A DNA stretch of 57,906 nucleotides, the filler included, from Sphacelaria rigidula (Eukaryota), in assembly GCA_964200075.2 (NCBI GenBank). It is 5 parts of 5 records of this genome, joined end to end, with 100 filler letters (N's around TTAATTAATTAA, not from the genome) between each part and the next. Parts side by side here need not be neighbours in the genome. Positions count along the whole stretch, not along the records: positions 34,807 to 46,306 come from CAXNAA020004858.1; positions 46,407 to 57,906 come from CAXNAA020004859.1; 3 more parts are not named here. The stretch is one strand, 5' to 3'. Both the position numbers and the translations under genes were made by a program. Positions 37,011 to 49,726 of this stretch are shown here, in pieces; position 1 is the stretch's first letter, and every line of letters starts with the position of its first letter. The notes under the pieces are model-generated. The model searched no databases. It had not been told where the DNA came from and saw nothing but the letters and a program-made list of their open reading frames with translations.

Positions 37011-37532
37011 CAATCGCGCAAGCTGAAAATGGCAATGACTGTTAGCTCTTCTTGTGTCAGGAAGCATACTGCTTGTCGTGGTGGGGATACACTTGTGTTT
37101 CAGTGGGAAATCAAAGTTCCACACCGTACAAAACAGGTCAGTTGACTTCTCATTTTATTGATTGTTGCATTCCGACTGATCCCCGAGAGATCCAGCCGGG
37201 GTCTTGATAGACGTGTACCCGAGATAAAACGAAACGAAAAACCCGCTGAAAGGAAGCAAAGTAAACATGGGAGTGGAACGGACACAAGGACTGAAAAAAA
37301 ATAATCAAACATGCCCGGCCACCACAACATGGGTTCAGGTGGAAACGGCCTTGCGCGACAGCACACGCACTTACACCCAATCGAGAAAGGACAGAACGTC
37401 GTGCGGATAGACTGCGGCTCATCTATTTCGGCCACACTTTTATGGGAATGAGCTCTCACCCATGAATCCTACGTAAGCGAGGCTACAAACTACGACTTGC
37501 ATACACCGGGAGGAAAAAATGCGCCTAGGAGA

Positions 37533-40500
37533 ATATATATATATATATATGGGGATAGAACAGAGAGAACAGAGAGTCATGCTGCGATAGGGAGGGGGGG
37601 AGGAGTATTTTGTACCATTTTCTTCCACGAAGTTCATACTTGAATCGTCGTTGAAAGTCGCAGCAGTTGTTGGAACGCGCGTATTTCCGATAAGTAACGC
37701 TCATTAACACTGCTTGGTTTAGCTTATACCCAAATACAAGCGCACCGTGATTGTGTTCGGTCGTTCGACGCACCTATGAGTCCATTTTTTCGTAGAATCG
37801 AACACCCCCCTCCCCTATCGTAGCATGACTCCAGAGGAGAAGGAGACTACAAAAGTTATGAAGTCCAAGGACACGGTACAGTACGGCAGGTACAAACACA
37901 CAAAACAGGGAACACCGCAAGACTATCGACCAGGGATAGAATGAAACAATCAACAACTAACTCAACAACGGATAGGACAACACAGGGGTACATCACTAGC
38001 CGTGTCAGCCCGTCTTCCCCCATTCATCGTGAGTCGAGTACACAACGGACTTTTCTCTCGGTCCTTTCCATCCTGGAATCCTCGCGAGCTGTTGCTGTTG
38101 TTGTGTTCAAGGTGGAAGCTGTTCCTTTGGCGGCTCTCGACGCAGCAGCCTCTCGTTTGTGGCGGCGATCCTATTCGCGTTTTCGTCTTCGCGTCGCCAC
38201 GTGTCCTCGAACTCTTCCTTCCCTTTCTCGACTTCAAGATACCATTTGACCATGTTCTTTGCCACAATAACCCAATCCTGTGCGTCGTTAACTTCTACAC
38301 CGCAGACGAACCACTCCCGTCGTACTCCGTCGTGTGGAAGAGCCGCTAGTGCACGTAGGTTCTCCTGGAGGTTGTCCCCCAAGTGTTTGAGATAATGGCC
38401 AGCCTCCATGGGCCCTTATGTGGCTAACCTTCCGTGCATGACGCGTCTTGGAACACGAATTCTTCCTGCCGGACAAGGGCTCCCGCGAACCAGAGTTGAT
38501 GCTTGTGGATAACCGTCTCGATACGTTCGTAGGTGGTCATCTCAAGCACAGCTCTGCACGCAAGAGGTTGTAGCCCGCTTGGTCTTCCCTACGGAATCCA
38601 ACCACTCGCAGCAAAAGCTGGTGGTGAGCAGCGCGCAGACTGTCGAAGTCCTCAGAACGTAACGGCCATGTAGCACATCTGTACAGCAAAGCTTCCATCA
38701 CCCGCTTTTAAGCAGCCGAATCTTCAACGATAGCTAGGCGTTGGGTCGATCGTAGAGATGGGAAGTATACTTTTGGGGGTGCGCCCATGCAGCGCTAATA
38801 TGGCCGTTGATCTCGATGGACATGTTTGCATCAGCGCTGACAGCGCCACCAGCAAGGTAGACAATCTTGACCGTCTGCTCATACAGCTGGCCGGCTGCGT
38901 TGATATGCAGGGCGTTCTCTGCGGAGCTTGATACTGGCCACAGGCGCATGGACTTTGTCTTACTCTCCGACACCGTCAAGCCGACCTCTTGATAGCCCAC
39001 CACTATATACCACAGCCATCATTCTTGCAACGGCGTCTGAGAACCTCGAGACTACGCCGGCGTCATCCGCATATATATATATATATATATTATTGCGCGC
39101 GCCACCCTTCGTACCTTTTCCAGCCGCGTCTCTTCCAGAAGTTTACCGTTGTCACCTTGGCGCATCATCTAGGGATATCAAGTCTGAGATGACGGCTGGG
39201 TCCACCGCGAACCGCTGTACGATCACGTCGACCAAGGCCTGGCCGAAGATGTTGAACCATAGCGGAGGCGAAGCGCATCCTTGTCTGAATCACTGACAGA
39301 CGCGGAACTACGCGGATATTTCGCGATTATCCGGCTGTATCCGAGCATGCATGCCGTCGTGAAACATGCAGATGACCGTGATCTGAACCGGCCAAACGCT
39401 TCTCTCAGAAGGGCGCGGTCCATGAGATCGTAGGCCTTCTTTAGGTCGATGAAGCACATGTTTTGTGCGGCATTGCTCGCCTGTCTCAACTCCAGTAGTC
39501 GGCGTACCACGAACATCATGTCGTTGGCGCCGGAATCCGCACTACTTCTCCAGAAAGATCCCTTTCTCTTTGGAGAGATTGTCGAGCCTGTTGACCACGA
39601 TTTTGGGGGACAACTTACCACCATGTGCCACAAGGGAGATGCCCCTGCGGTTATCACACTCGGTCCTATCCTTCTTCTCGGGTACAACTTTGAGAATAGC
39701 ATCTTCCCACTCCTGCGGCACCAAACCAAACGTCCAAACTGCAGCGGCGATGCTATGGAAGTGGTCCAGAATCTCCGAAAATTCCCCGCTCAGTCAAATC
39801 TTGAAGAGCTCAGTAGCTGAATCACATACGGATCCTTCGCTTTGCCGTTTGCCATAGCTCTTAGAGCTTCCTCAGTGTCATTCGGGCTTGGCGGGTCCCC
39901 AAGTGACGGGCTATCGGTCATGGCGCATTTCGTCGATGACGGCTCGGTGGATAGTTGCCGATATGGCATTGAGCAAGGTAGAGAAGTACCGATATCATCT
40001 CCGAGAGATTCAGCCTTGGCCTCATAGTATGTTCCCGTCTTCGTCTCTGATGCACTGCTCGCTCTCTACTTATTGCCCCGCGAGCCTACACCCTCATTTC
40101 AGGTGTCCATGCCATCCTCTCATGTCTCCAAGTCGAATAAACTCATCCAAAGCTCTAGTATACACTCCAGAGTGGATGAACTCTTTGACTTTATTGCACG
40201 CTGCTCGTAATGTGCGCCCTGGGGGATTCCTTTCTCCAGAGTCTCGATCGCACCGTTAACCTTGACGTTTCACTCTATTCCAGCCTTGCTCGAACTCTGT
40301 ACGGATGGAAGTATCCTCAAACTACCCCGGTATACTCGGCTTCGGGTCTGGCGGGATATCACCTTCTCAGCGGCACTCAGTAGTACGTCGGCAAAGTGCA
40401 TAGCCAGTGGACTCACTGTATCACCGCTCTGCCCTGATTGAGCTCGCTGATGATGACCTGGATAAGTTCCTCATGTCTGTCAGTGTCATATAGGATTGCC

Positions 40501-41330
40501 CGTCTGTCGATTGGTTTGCGCCTAATTGGGATTCGCGTAGGCCCGTTGTGTGCCAAGTGAGCAAGGAGCCGCACTGAGGCGCAGACGGTATTGTGTCAGA
40601 GTCCAGCGAGTTGGGCTTTTGAAGACGATGACATTGCGAACAAGCCTGCGGTGACCTTGCCGTGTGGGGATGCAGTCGACGCTTGTTTTGCCCGCGGAAC
40701 GACTCGAAACACCGTTGAACGTACGTGATGCGTTCCCCTTGTGGGTGAAAACAAAATGTTGACCAGAGCAAGCCAGTTACAACCTGCAAGTTGTAGTAGA
40801 GAGGTGCCGTCACTGTCGTCGTTTCGGGAATCCCAGCCGTATGCTCCATTATGCTACATTCCTCCTATCCCGTTCGCACCTCAGTCCTAGCGTTGTCATC
40901 CATCGAGAAATAGATAAATACATCAATGGTTTTTGCCAGGGACTCGGTTCACAACGCTGTCCAACTCAGTCCAGAACGTATCTCTCTCTTCTCTTGACCT
41001 CGCTGTGTCTGCCGGAGCGTAGGTAGCTGTAAACGTGTGGTAGCGTTTGATTTGCCCGCCAGGTTGAAAGCCATCGACATGAGGCGTTCGCTGATGAGTA
41101 CCTGAGTTCACGTCGCCTTACTGATAATCGATTCTTTGACCGCGGAACCAAACCCATGTTATCAAACCCCCTTCCTTGCCCCCTGTCCGCCCCGCAGCAG
41201 AAGTCACGGTCACCCGGGGCAGCGAACTCGGTTTGGCCCGACCTCCTTGTCTTCTGCAGCCTCATAATGGCGTCACATTCCACCGCCTGGCATTTTTGCA
41301 CGGCCACCTCAGCATGACCAACCTCGTTAT
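37533..41330 (-). mobile_element. Degraded RTE-like LINE, related to the 1695-6073 element
   Basis: LQKTRRSGQTEF..FCCG and TFWTELD (endonuclease); VPQEWEDAILKV..RGISLVAHGGK, MMFVVRRLLEL, CFIDLKKAYD, ADDAGVVS, LTVSESKT (RT); 3' UTR ends in (TA)n; limits approximate. Confidence 0.88.
37574..37831. mobile_element. MITE with family-B-type TIRs inserted in the LINE 3' UTR
   Basis: gagtcatgctgcgataggg ... ccctatcgtagcatgactc; TSD caga on both sides. Confidence 0.85.
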
Positions 41331-41477
41331 TTCCCATGAGGGACAGTATACAAATGCTAAAGTTCTCTCTGGTGGGTCGATGTACAGCGCCTGCATTACT
41401 TCCACGACGAATTAGCCTCTAGTTTGGTTTCATCAAAAGCACATTAATCTGATACTCAATTTGTTGACAACCTCCAG

Positions 41478-41567
41478 GATCTTGACGAGGCTGTCCTGGA
41501 TCGAATGGACGATACGCTGCTGTTCCCAATCCCAGACAAGAGGTCTCGTGCAAGACTCCTAGTCCAG
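41478..41567 (+). CDS. ATAD3: ATAD3-like AAA+ ATPase exon (DLDEAVLDRMDDTLLFPIPDKRSRARLLVQ)
   Basis: Second-region-of-homology DLDxAVxDR; ctccag acceptor and gtaaca donor; phase 0. Confidence 0.82.
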
Positions 41568-41737
41568 GTAACATGCAATGCATGCACACTCTGCAGAACT
41601 GTTTGCCGAAACCGTCACGCCCTGCTCCTGTCCAGCGATAGGGATTGCAACCTTCAAGCTATGAAGTCAAGAAAATATCGTCATTGCGCTAGCTCTTGCA
41701 TTAAACCTTCTGATCACAAGATAGTTGGTGACCTCTA

Positions 41738-41875
41738 CACACCCTGGACAATAGATTACATTGTCAAAAAATATACTGCGTACAGTATGGGATCCATTGT
41801 CTACTGCAATAGACAGTGGATCACATACTGTACGCAGTACATTTGTTGACAATGTAATCTATTGTCCAGGGTGTG
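41738..41875. mobile_element. 138-bp near-perfect palindromic MITE sharing the cacaccctggacaata TIR
   Basis: 66-bp arms with 4 mismatches around ctgcaa; flanks gacctcta/accctcta (6/8). Confidence 0.92.
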
Positions 41876-42095
41876 ACCCTCTACGGCAAGACAGTTTTCG
41901 TACATGAAACGGGACTTGAGAATGAACGCATCGGCGTAGATGAAGTGAAGGAGGCGGACCACGTCTGACAAGAATCACAGTCGGCTGTCCCGTGAGTTCT
42001 TTTGTCTATCCGGTCTAACAATCAACCGTAAAGCTCTGTGAACACCTTACCACGTACGCCCATCGTCTCCACTTGTGTACCTCAATCATTGTCAG

Positions 42096-42284
42096 TACTT
42101 TCACAAGTACTGCGCTGCTGGATTCAGAGACAGGGCAAGCGATAGCACATCGCGACAAAAGCAGGTGTGGCTTACACGCTGGCCACGGCGGACCGAGAGG
42201 AGGGGCATTCACGTGGAGGACAGCGTGGATGACAGACTGCTGACAGGAATGGCAGATGAACTGCGTGGCTTCAGTGGTAGAGAG
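42096..42284 (+). CDS. ATAD3: ATAD3-like exon (YFHKYC...MADELRGFSGRE)
   Basis: GFSGRE motif; tgtcag acceptor and gtaacg donor; 63 codons, phase 0. Confidence 0.82.
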
Positions 42285-42772
42285 GTAACGCGTGATGCAA
42301 AAACATGTGCTGTGCTTGCCCTTTCGACCGACAAGGTGTAACCACGTAGTCAGTTCTCTTACTCGCCAAATTTTCATGAATGTATTAAAAAAACGGGCTG
42401 AAGCATTTAGACGCTGATCCGTTTGCTACGGGACACCCCTTAGGGTTAGGGCTGCTCACATGCGTATGATTGATACCTCTCCATTTTTTCGTCCTGTGTT
42501 TCCGTCATAACGAGGTATTGCCAGACGTGCACACTCTTTGTTCATCCTTGCGTTGCATCTTGTACATGTGCACAAGTGTCTCGAATGTAGAGCAGAGAGC
42601 GACAAACACGAAACGTGGTCAGTAGTGCACCCTCACTCAGTAGCTTCGGAGCGTACGTCCACCATCGTCTGCACCCAACAAAAGCGTGGTACGCACTGTA
42701 AACCCGCAATGTAAAAGCACAACCCACCAGTGCCGGTGTAAGTGGTGCTTGATGCCTTGTTGTATCCTCATA

Positions 42773-43224
42773 CTTCCTCTGTCCCATAAGTCTGGGAAGT
42801 TATGGGCGTTGAATCGTATGGGTATGCCGACGTTGCCGATCACCCCATAGTTGGATTATTTTGGAAGATAAAGCGCAAACGAAGCTCATGAAAAACAAAC
42901 TCCGTCATCAATACTAAAATGATGACAAAATATGTCCTTTTTGACCCTTTTCAATCCATTTATACCCCATCATTGACCGATTTGGACGTTTTCACGTCGA
43001 GCACTAGCAATTACATGCTAACAAAATGTTGAATGGGGCCTGCGTAGGTTAACATCACGGACATGTCCAAACTCAATGGTGGTTTCGCGATTTTCACATT
43101 TTCTGGCCCATTTTTCGCTTTCCTGGGAAAACGCCGACGAATGCAATAAAAAGTCGAAAATCAAATCGCACACGGTCAGGGGGTAGCACAAACATACCTT
43201 CTCAGACTTGTGGGACAGAGGAAG
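42773..43224. mobile_element. Tc1/mariner (Stowaway-like) MITE
   Basis: cttcctctgtcccataagtctgggaag versus cttctcagacttgtgggacagaggaag (inverted); preceded by TA; resembles the CTCCCTCCGTCCC terminus. Confidence 0.65.
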
Positions 43225-43699
43225 TGTATGCCGCAGTCGTGAGCTGTATTTGAGCACACTGATCCCTCTTTTCCAGTTAATGGGCGAGACAGCTAATAGC
43301 ACGTGACTGGACTACAGCTTTCTGTACTCATCAAGACCCAAAGCCACTGTCGGTAACCGGGGATTGATGTGCCAACATCGATATGACTCGCAACACGAAC
43401 ATAACTTATCTGATGAACGAAAGAGACACGTTCATGCAGGCTACACCGAAGGCTGGCTGTCGACTCAGGAGATGGTCCTAAGAGTGGGAAAAGAAATCAC
43501 AACATAGTCCTTTGCGATTCATATACATGTTACAAGACCGCAACGTGTACGACAGAGCGTACTTGGGGCACTTCGCTAGCTCGAAGCGTAAAGTGTTTGC
43601 TGAAATGGTCATTGCTGCCATCCGTAGATACTGCGTAGCACAGTACCGAACAGCATTCGGGGTTGCCGTCGTGCAAGAGTAATCGGGACAGGGTACGAT

Positions 43700-43930
43700 A
43701 CACCTCGTACTCTGAATTCTGGAATGATTCGCAGTACTCAGTACTCCATAGTACTTGCAGTCTCGACTGCAACAACAACTGAGTATTCCAGAGTATCTGG
43801 AGCATTGATTCGCCCGCAGCACTGAGGGTTTTTAAGGTTGCCTGGAATACCGCCTGTCGAAAATACCGAGTATTCCAGAGTGCTCAACTGGCAGAAACAC
43901 TGAGTGTTCTAGGGTACCTGAAGTACTGAC
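43700..43930. repeat. Degenerate gagtatt/agtact motif cluster
   Basis: Repeated gagtattccagagt, cagtactc and actgag words. Confidence 0.5.
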
Positions 43931-44216
43931 TCTCCCAATTCGTAATCTGACGCGGGGATACATGGCAGGGGGGATTTCAGGAGGATTCATCTGTTGGCGG
44001 CTGAAGGAATAATGAACACGCACTTTCGGCGTTACGACCCATGAGTGGTTAGTGATCACGCCAAAAGTAGTCAGGATGACTCTGTACTGCAGACTGTGCT
44101 CCACCGGTGATGGATGGAAAATAATAATGGCTAACCATGACACGGAAGTAGAAACGAACGATCTCAGGACTCATTGCAGTACGCCATACGGTTTTCCCTG
44201 CGTTGGGCCTGGCCAG

Positions 44217-44363
44217 GTTTCAAAGCTTATGCTAGCAGTGCAGAGCTGTGCGTACGGATCGGAGGACGGCGTGTTGACTGCCGACATGCTCAAGAGGGTT
44301 GTTGCTCAGAAGACGAGCGAGCACGGCACCAAAGCAGAAATGAGGGCTGGATGCGATCTTTAG
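44217..44363 (+). CDS. ATAD3: ATAD3-like terminal exon (VSKLMLAVQSCAYGSEDGVLTADMLKRVVAQKTSEH...)
   Basis: Continues GFSGRE-VSKL; QxxxYGSEDxVL and KxxEH match the ATAD3 C-terminus; ends in stop. Confidence 0.85.
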   Translation, partial: VSKLMLAVQSCAYGSEDGVLTADMLKRVVAQKTSEHGTKAEMRAGCDL

Positions 44364-45319
44364 ATCCCGCTTGCTTCGCACGCGCCGTGTCAGTAGGGGG
44401 AAGATACGAGCTTTGATGCCCCAACGCCATGAGTACCCGGTGTCACGACTCTCGGCATGTGCACCAAAAATAGCGTCCAGAAAAGTGTGGACTAAGACAC
44501 AAGAGATATGTTACTGCTAGAGTATTTCGCCGTTTAATTGAGCACCCGTGGACATGCACGGAGACTTTTTCTCTCGTGAACACGATTCATATTGACGCTT
44601 ACCACCTCTACCTTGTCACCCTGAGCCGCAGCTCCTGAGCAGATCAAGCCCAACGGTTCGCCATCTTGTACCCTGCAGTAAAAGCAAACTCTTCTTCTTG
44701 CACTATTTCCAATCACACGGCGCCCACACCAACATGAGGATATATTGCACACTTACACAACGGGACCTTGGCGATTGCCTCAAACCCCGTTCCCCACCTG
44801 CGAATGCGCAGTTTGGACGGCAAGTGTCGTACCGTTCTACCCACATTCAAGGTTTGTACACATCAAACTCGTACGACTGCAGTTGTCGCCAATTCTCAAG
44901 CATGGCTTTCCAGCACTGTGCTGTGGAGTATCTGGACGTGGCACAATCGTGGCGATGGGAAAATATATGATCAATGCAACGTGAATAGAAGCCAATGCCA
45001 CACCACGTGAGTTCGTCACCCTAAGAAACTGTGTTGCCCGACGTCTTTTTAGAAACTTTGTCACTCTACCCCCATGCGTTGCACTCGGAGTGACGCCACT
45101 CTGCGTGCTCGGAACGAAACACCCTCGCTTGTCAGCTGAGAAAATGACGCACTGCGCATTTATACGTCAATCTCGATTTAGCAACGTACAGCACAATGAT
45201 ATGGAACACCCTTTTGTGTTCTGTGGCAGCATGTTTACGCCACCATTGAGACAAGTAAACTTACTTCTATTTTCTTTCATCGCCATACTTTCCCCCCTTC
45301 CCCCCAGGTGTCTCTATTA

Positions 45320-46306
45320 GGAGTAGGAACGGTTAAGTCGTAGGGAGAAAAGTTATAGTATGTAACAGAGCAGTAAATTGGTGGGATGAGGAAGTAACAG
45401 AGGCTATCAGAGTAAGGAGAGAGGCCCACGCAAGATCGATGTCGAGCAAAAGTACGGTAGGATGGGAGGAGTGTACTAAAGCTCGAAAGGGAGGGAAAAA
45501 TAGGGTACAAAAGAAGAGAAGGAAGTTTGGAAAGGTGTAGTGAAAAAAACAAACGAAGATTTCGATGGCGGGATGAAACAAACGTGGGTAGAGACAAAAA
45601 GGGTTATGGAAAACCAGGCAAGAAAGATAGACAACGGGATAGACACACTACGGGAACAGAACGGTAAAATGGTCAGCAGTTCAAAGGGAGAGAAGTGCTA
45701 GCCGAGCATTACCGTAAACCAGGAACACCAAAAACTGACACAACTTTCGACCCGGAATTCGATAAAATACCAAGGAGTGGGCAGAAGCAAATATAGAGAC
45801 GTCAAAACGGGAGGATAGTAGCTCGACAGAATCGCAGAGAGAGTTTACCAGAGATGAAGTAAAGGAGTGCATAGCTAAACTCAAAAACTAAAAGGCAGCA
45901 GGGGCAGACGGATAGTAAATGAATTTTTCAAGTACGGGGGAGAAGAAATGATCACCATGACGGTTATGCTGTATGACTGGATATGGGAAAACGAGTACAC
46001 ACCCAAGAGGTGGAGAGAAGAAGTAGTCGTCAATCTTTTCAAAAAGGGAGACAAGGCTGACCCAGGGAAATGTAGAGGGATAACGCTACTAAACACGGTA
46101 GGGAAAACATTCTGCAAGATTCTGAACGATAAAGTAGGAACAATGCTAGAAAATGAAGACAAAATCAGCGAGAGACAAGCAGGTTTCGAACCAAACCGAA
46201 GTTATGTAGACCATGTGTACACACAAGGTAAGATTATTCAGGGTAGGAAAGACCCCGGGCGGACAACGTACTGTTTCTTTCTACACGTGCAAAAGGCTTA
46301 TTACAC
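45320..46306 (+). mobile_element. LINE fragment from a different family (linker + RT N-terminus), truncated by contig end
   Basis: WWDEEV, KAAGADG, LFKKGDKADPGKCRGITLL, QAGFEPNRS..DH, FLHVQKAY; upstream part has stops and frameshifts. Confidence 0.88.
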
Positions 46307-46406
46307 NNNNNNNNNNNNNNNNNNNNNNNNNNNNNNNNNNNNNNNNNNNNTTAATTAATTAANNNNNNNNNNNNNNNNNNNNNNNNNNNNNNNNNNNNNN
46401 NNNNNN
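46307..46406. other. Artificial contig spacer
   Basis: N44-TTAATTAATTAA-N44. Confidence 0.98.
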
Positions 46407-46532
46407 GATTCATTCACTGATTGACCGCTTTCCACTCTCAATCGTATCATCTACTCTCAATCTCACGAAAACACTGTTATATCCCGAAAGGGGTAGACTG
46501 GCGCCCAGAATAAATGGGACGACAACACACAC

Positions 46533-46573
46533 ACTACTATTACTACTACTGTTACTACTACTACTACTACTGT

Positions 46574-46621
<48 letters not shown>

Positions 46622-46655
46622 TACTAGTAGTGGTACTTCTAGTACTGCTACTACT
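46533..46655. repeat. (ACT)n microsatellite
   Basis: Direct reading of the sequence. Confidence 0.95.
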
Positions 46656-46886
46656 GTAGGCACCCCGCAACAAACACTTGGTTAACGAAACTTGGCGAGG
46701 GGAGAAGACGAGAAAAAGGGGAACAGGACAAAATAAGTAAAGCGACCAAAAATGAGGGACATGGAGAGGGGAGGAAGCGAGAGAAAAGGAGACGACCCAA
46801 ACTGTCGGCTCAAACATATATGTGGAGCTTTTGGCAGCGGAAACGGAGTAACACGCGCTGCACCTTTTCTCATTGCTCGCGCTCAC

Positions 46887-46988
46887 CTTCCTCGAAAGTT
46901 TCTCAATATACGGGTGACCGAATCCCGGCGCCAGCACGTGTGCTCGGGATGCACCGAACACAAACACTGGTAGAACCACATGTCGACC
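46887..46988 (-). CDS. DGAT2: DGAT2/MOGAT-family acyltransferase exon (GRHVVLPVFVFGASRAH...LSRK)
   Basis: PVFxFG block; gaatag acceptor and gtgagc donor; phase 0; 3' exons not found in this contig. Confidence 0.85.
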
Positions 46989-47139
46989 CTATTCGCATTA
47001 TTTTGTTCAAGATGAAACAAACAAGCCACACGCATTCGGGGGCGGAGGATAGATTATGAGCATGGCGGGGGGCGCATAGATCGAGCAAGCATCGCCCGCA
47101 TTTATCCACGGAATGGACGAGCGAGCAACTGTACCTCAC

Positions 47140-47241
47140 CTGTAACGCAATTTTTGCGAACCCCGGTCGAATCTCTTTCAGCTTCTCTATCTCCTGAGAC
47201 ACGAACATCTCTCCAATTCCACCGGAGCAAACACCGACCGC
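47140..47241 (-). CDS. DGAT2: DGAT2-family exon (AVGVCSGGIGEMFVSQEIEKLKEIRPGFAKIALQ)
   Basis: GGxxE and RxGFxKxA blocks; 34 codons, phase 0. Confidence 0.88.
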
Positions 47242-48761
47242 CTTCTCCAGAACGTCATTTTTTTTCCGAGGATAGAGGCAATTGGTGGAAAGAGGGTAGG
47301 GGGGGGGGGGGACATCTCAGTCCGCTATTATTTCTGCCCAGCGTTACTGCTGCTAAATCGTGGGCAGGTTCACTGTGCTTTGGTCGCTTCTCAAACGGAC
47401 GTTCAGAGAATAACAGCCAATAAAATTCCGTATCACTCGTAACGCGTGGCCAGGGAACCGAATGAAGAACGAGAGACACAGGGCGGATAAACGGTACACG
47501 CTGGTGGTTCAAGGTGAATGCCCAGAACATTTTTCCCGCTAGATACAGAACCCACAACTGACCCGATTAAAACATATTTGGTATGGTTGTAATCCCCAGG
47601 AGCAAGCGAACAGTGTGACACAGTCAGAGCTTGTCTTGCTTCCTTTTCTGTGGCGCTAGTGATGAGGTTGTTTCTCGCTAATCGGGGGCCTTCAGATTGT
47701 TCTGAAGTTCAAAATGCGCGCAGTATTCCCGACACAGAGTTGTTACCTAAACGTATCGTAAATGAAACCATCGTGGCCACCATCAGTCAGGAAATCTGAC
47801 ATGGAAAACGCTCGGGAGAAACCATTTGTACGGGATCGAGTAAGAGCCCAGAGGTGGTGATTTCGCGTCGTTTGATTTCCACTGATGATACGAGCCAAAG
47901 ACTCCAAAAACCTCGTTGCGGTGTCCCGCACACCCGCCGTGAATGGGCTACAAAAATCCTCAAAGCCCGCAGTTGAAGATATACGGTTTCTCGAAATGGA
48001 TCAAAACAAATGTTGAAAGAATTTTCGAGATTCATCTCTCTACCGGCGCCCGGGAATCCCTGTTGGAGACTCTTCGAAGCCGATACAAAATGCTTGAAAA
48101 TGAAGATGATGTCAAATTTTCTCGTGCCGAGGTAGTCCAAGGGGCGTTTGTACAGCGGTTCGTCGCCTATCTCGAGAACCTGAGCCCAAGCGGTCGACGT
48201 AAGCTTGAACGCACAATGGAAAGGTCGGTAGCATACTATAATCAAGTAATCAGTGGCTTTGTGCACATTTGTACACTTGATCGCACGCGCGCGCGATTTC
48301 TCACGTGGAGGTTTCGAGTTGGATCCTGGACGTTTCCCCACGTGCGCCACGAGGTATTTAGATATGGTCTACGAATGCATCCTTTTGTTTTCCTTTTTTC
48401 CCTCAGATATCCGGGGTCCCAGGAAGCAACCTGAGCCCCGGGACCCTCGGGACCCTTGATTTTAGGCGAAAAAAGTACGAGCTTCACTCGTTTTCGTTTT
48501 TTGTTCTTTCATTTGTCGCACTCTGAACCTCCCCCCCTCCTCGGGACGAGTCCGTGGTCTCAAGGGATCAAACCATCTTTCCCCGGTACTCAGGAAACTC
48601 GAGAGAACTGCGTGAAAAGCCGATGAGGGGTAAATTTTGAGCGTTGAACCTGAACCGGCCTGTATGACGGTGTGTCTTTCTCCCAGTTGTTGTACGATCA
48701 CCACCTGCTGCTCTACCCGCACGCTCCACGCATCACATGTCTATCATCTTCGCCTACTCAC

Positions 48762-48944
48762 TCGAAACCCGGCCTCGAACATCGACCTGATAGCGGCGGA
48801 ACCGGCTTCTCGGACCCCCAGCAAGTTCACGAGATGGCGGACTACGGGTGTCCGCAGGAGCGCACTGGCCACTACACCCGACATGGGCCACATGTCAGGA
48901 AACTCGGCATGCAAAGCCGACATGCCAAGCACCGCTCCCAACGG
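48762..48944 (-). CDS. DGAT2: DGAT2-family exon (PLGAVLG...VASALLRTPVVRHLVNLLGVREA...)
   Basis: ASxxxxxPxxR block; aaag acceptor and gtgagt donor; 61 codons. Confidence 0.88.
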
Positions 48945-49217
48945 CTTTGAGGTACATATATTATGCAAGTTAGATGGGCACGCAGGCAGGGATCGGACGG
49001 TGAAGTGATCTTGTCAAAAAATGTTCGTGCTCAAGTTCACTTCATCGCAGAAGTGTTAATACCGTGCAGTCAGCCTACACGGGGAATATGCTGGGCAAGC
49101 GTTTACCCCGTGTGAGTGTTGCCATCCAAAGTCGACGCCGGTTTCGTTAGTCGTCGACCTTGGAACCAGATATGTTCGGTTGATCGATTCGCGCTCATCA
49201 TAAACAAATGTATCTGA

Positions 49218-49474
49218 GAGTGGTGCCGCGATACCCCGCCCCCCAGTACCGTGGCTGGTGTGGAGAGGCAAAATCGCTATGTGAATCAAAATGACAAACC
49301 CCATGCATACCCAGCAGCACAGAACTTCCACACTCGGGATCGGTTTGGCCAACCTCGCCCATATGAGGCGATTCATGCAGTCTGAAACTGCCCATCATGT
49401 GCTGTACGGCCATCTTCTTCGTGAGAGTTTTTGTGGTTGGTTTGGGGGATGGGGCTATCGCGGCATGCCTACTC
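49218..49474 (-). mobile_element. MITE family C copy (in DGAT2 intron)
   Basis: gagtggtgccgcgatacccc ... ggggctatcgcggcatgcctactc; flanks ctga/gtga. Confidence 0.8.
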
Positions 49475-49726
49475 GTGAATCGTCATCATGTGTATCGTCT
49501 ACGATGCGGTGCGTTGTGGATGTAAATATGGTTGGAATCGCTTCACAGCTGCGTCTTGTTCTACATTAGCTGGGTATGCGACGAACAGCGCGACACCCTA
49601 TCCTCGGACTCCGTATTCATCTGCTGGTTGACGCTTGTGCAATGTGAGTCTTGCGCAAGAATTGGATGGGGCCGCATGAGATCGCCTTCATCGATCACAA
49701 ACCCTCGCACTAGGACGTTCACTTAC

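Noticed and set aside
46410..46886. Poly-Ser or poly-Val C-terminal extension of DGAT2
   Set aside because: Read-through past the gtgagc donor into intron and (ACT)n microsatellite.
47943..48434. 163-aa plus-strand ORF
   Set aside because: Antisense within a DGAT2 intron, no recognisable domain, and weak inverted ends nearby suggest a non-coding repeat.
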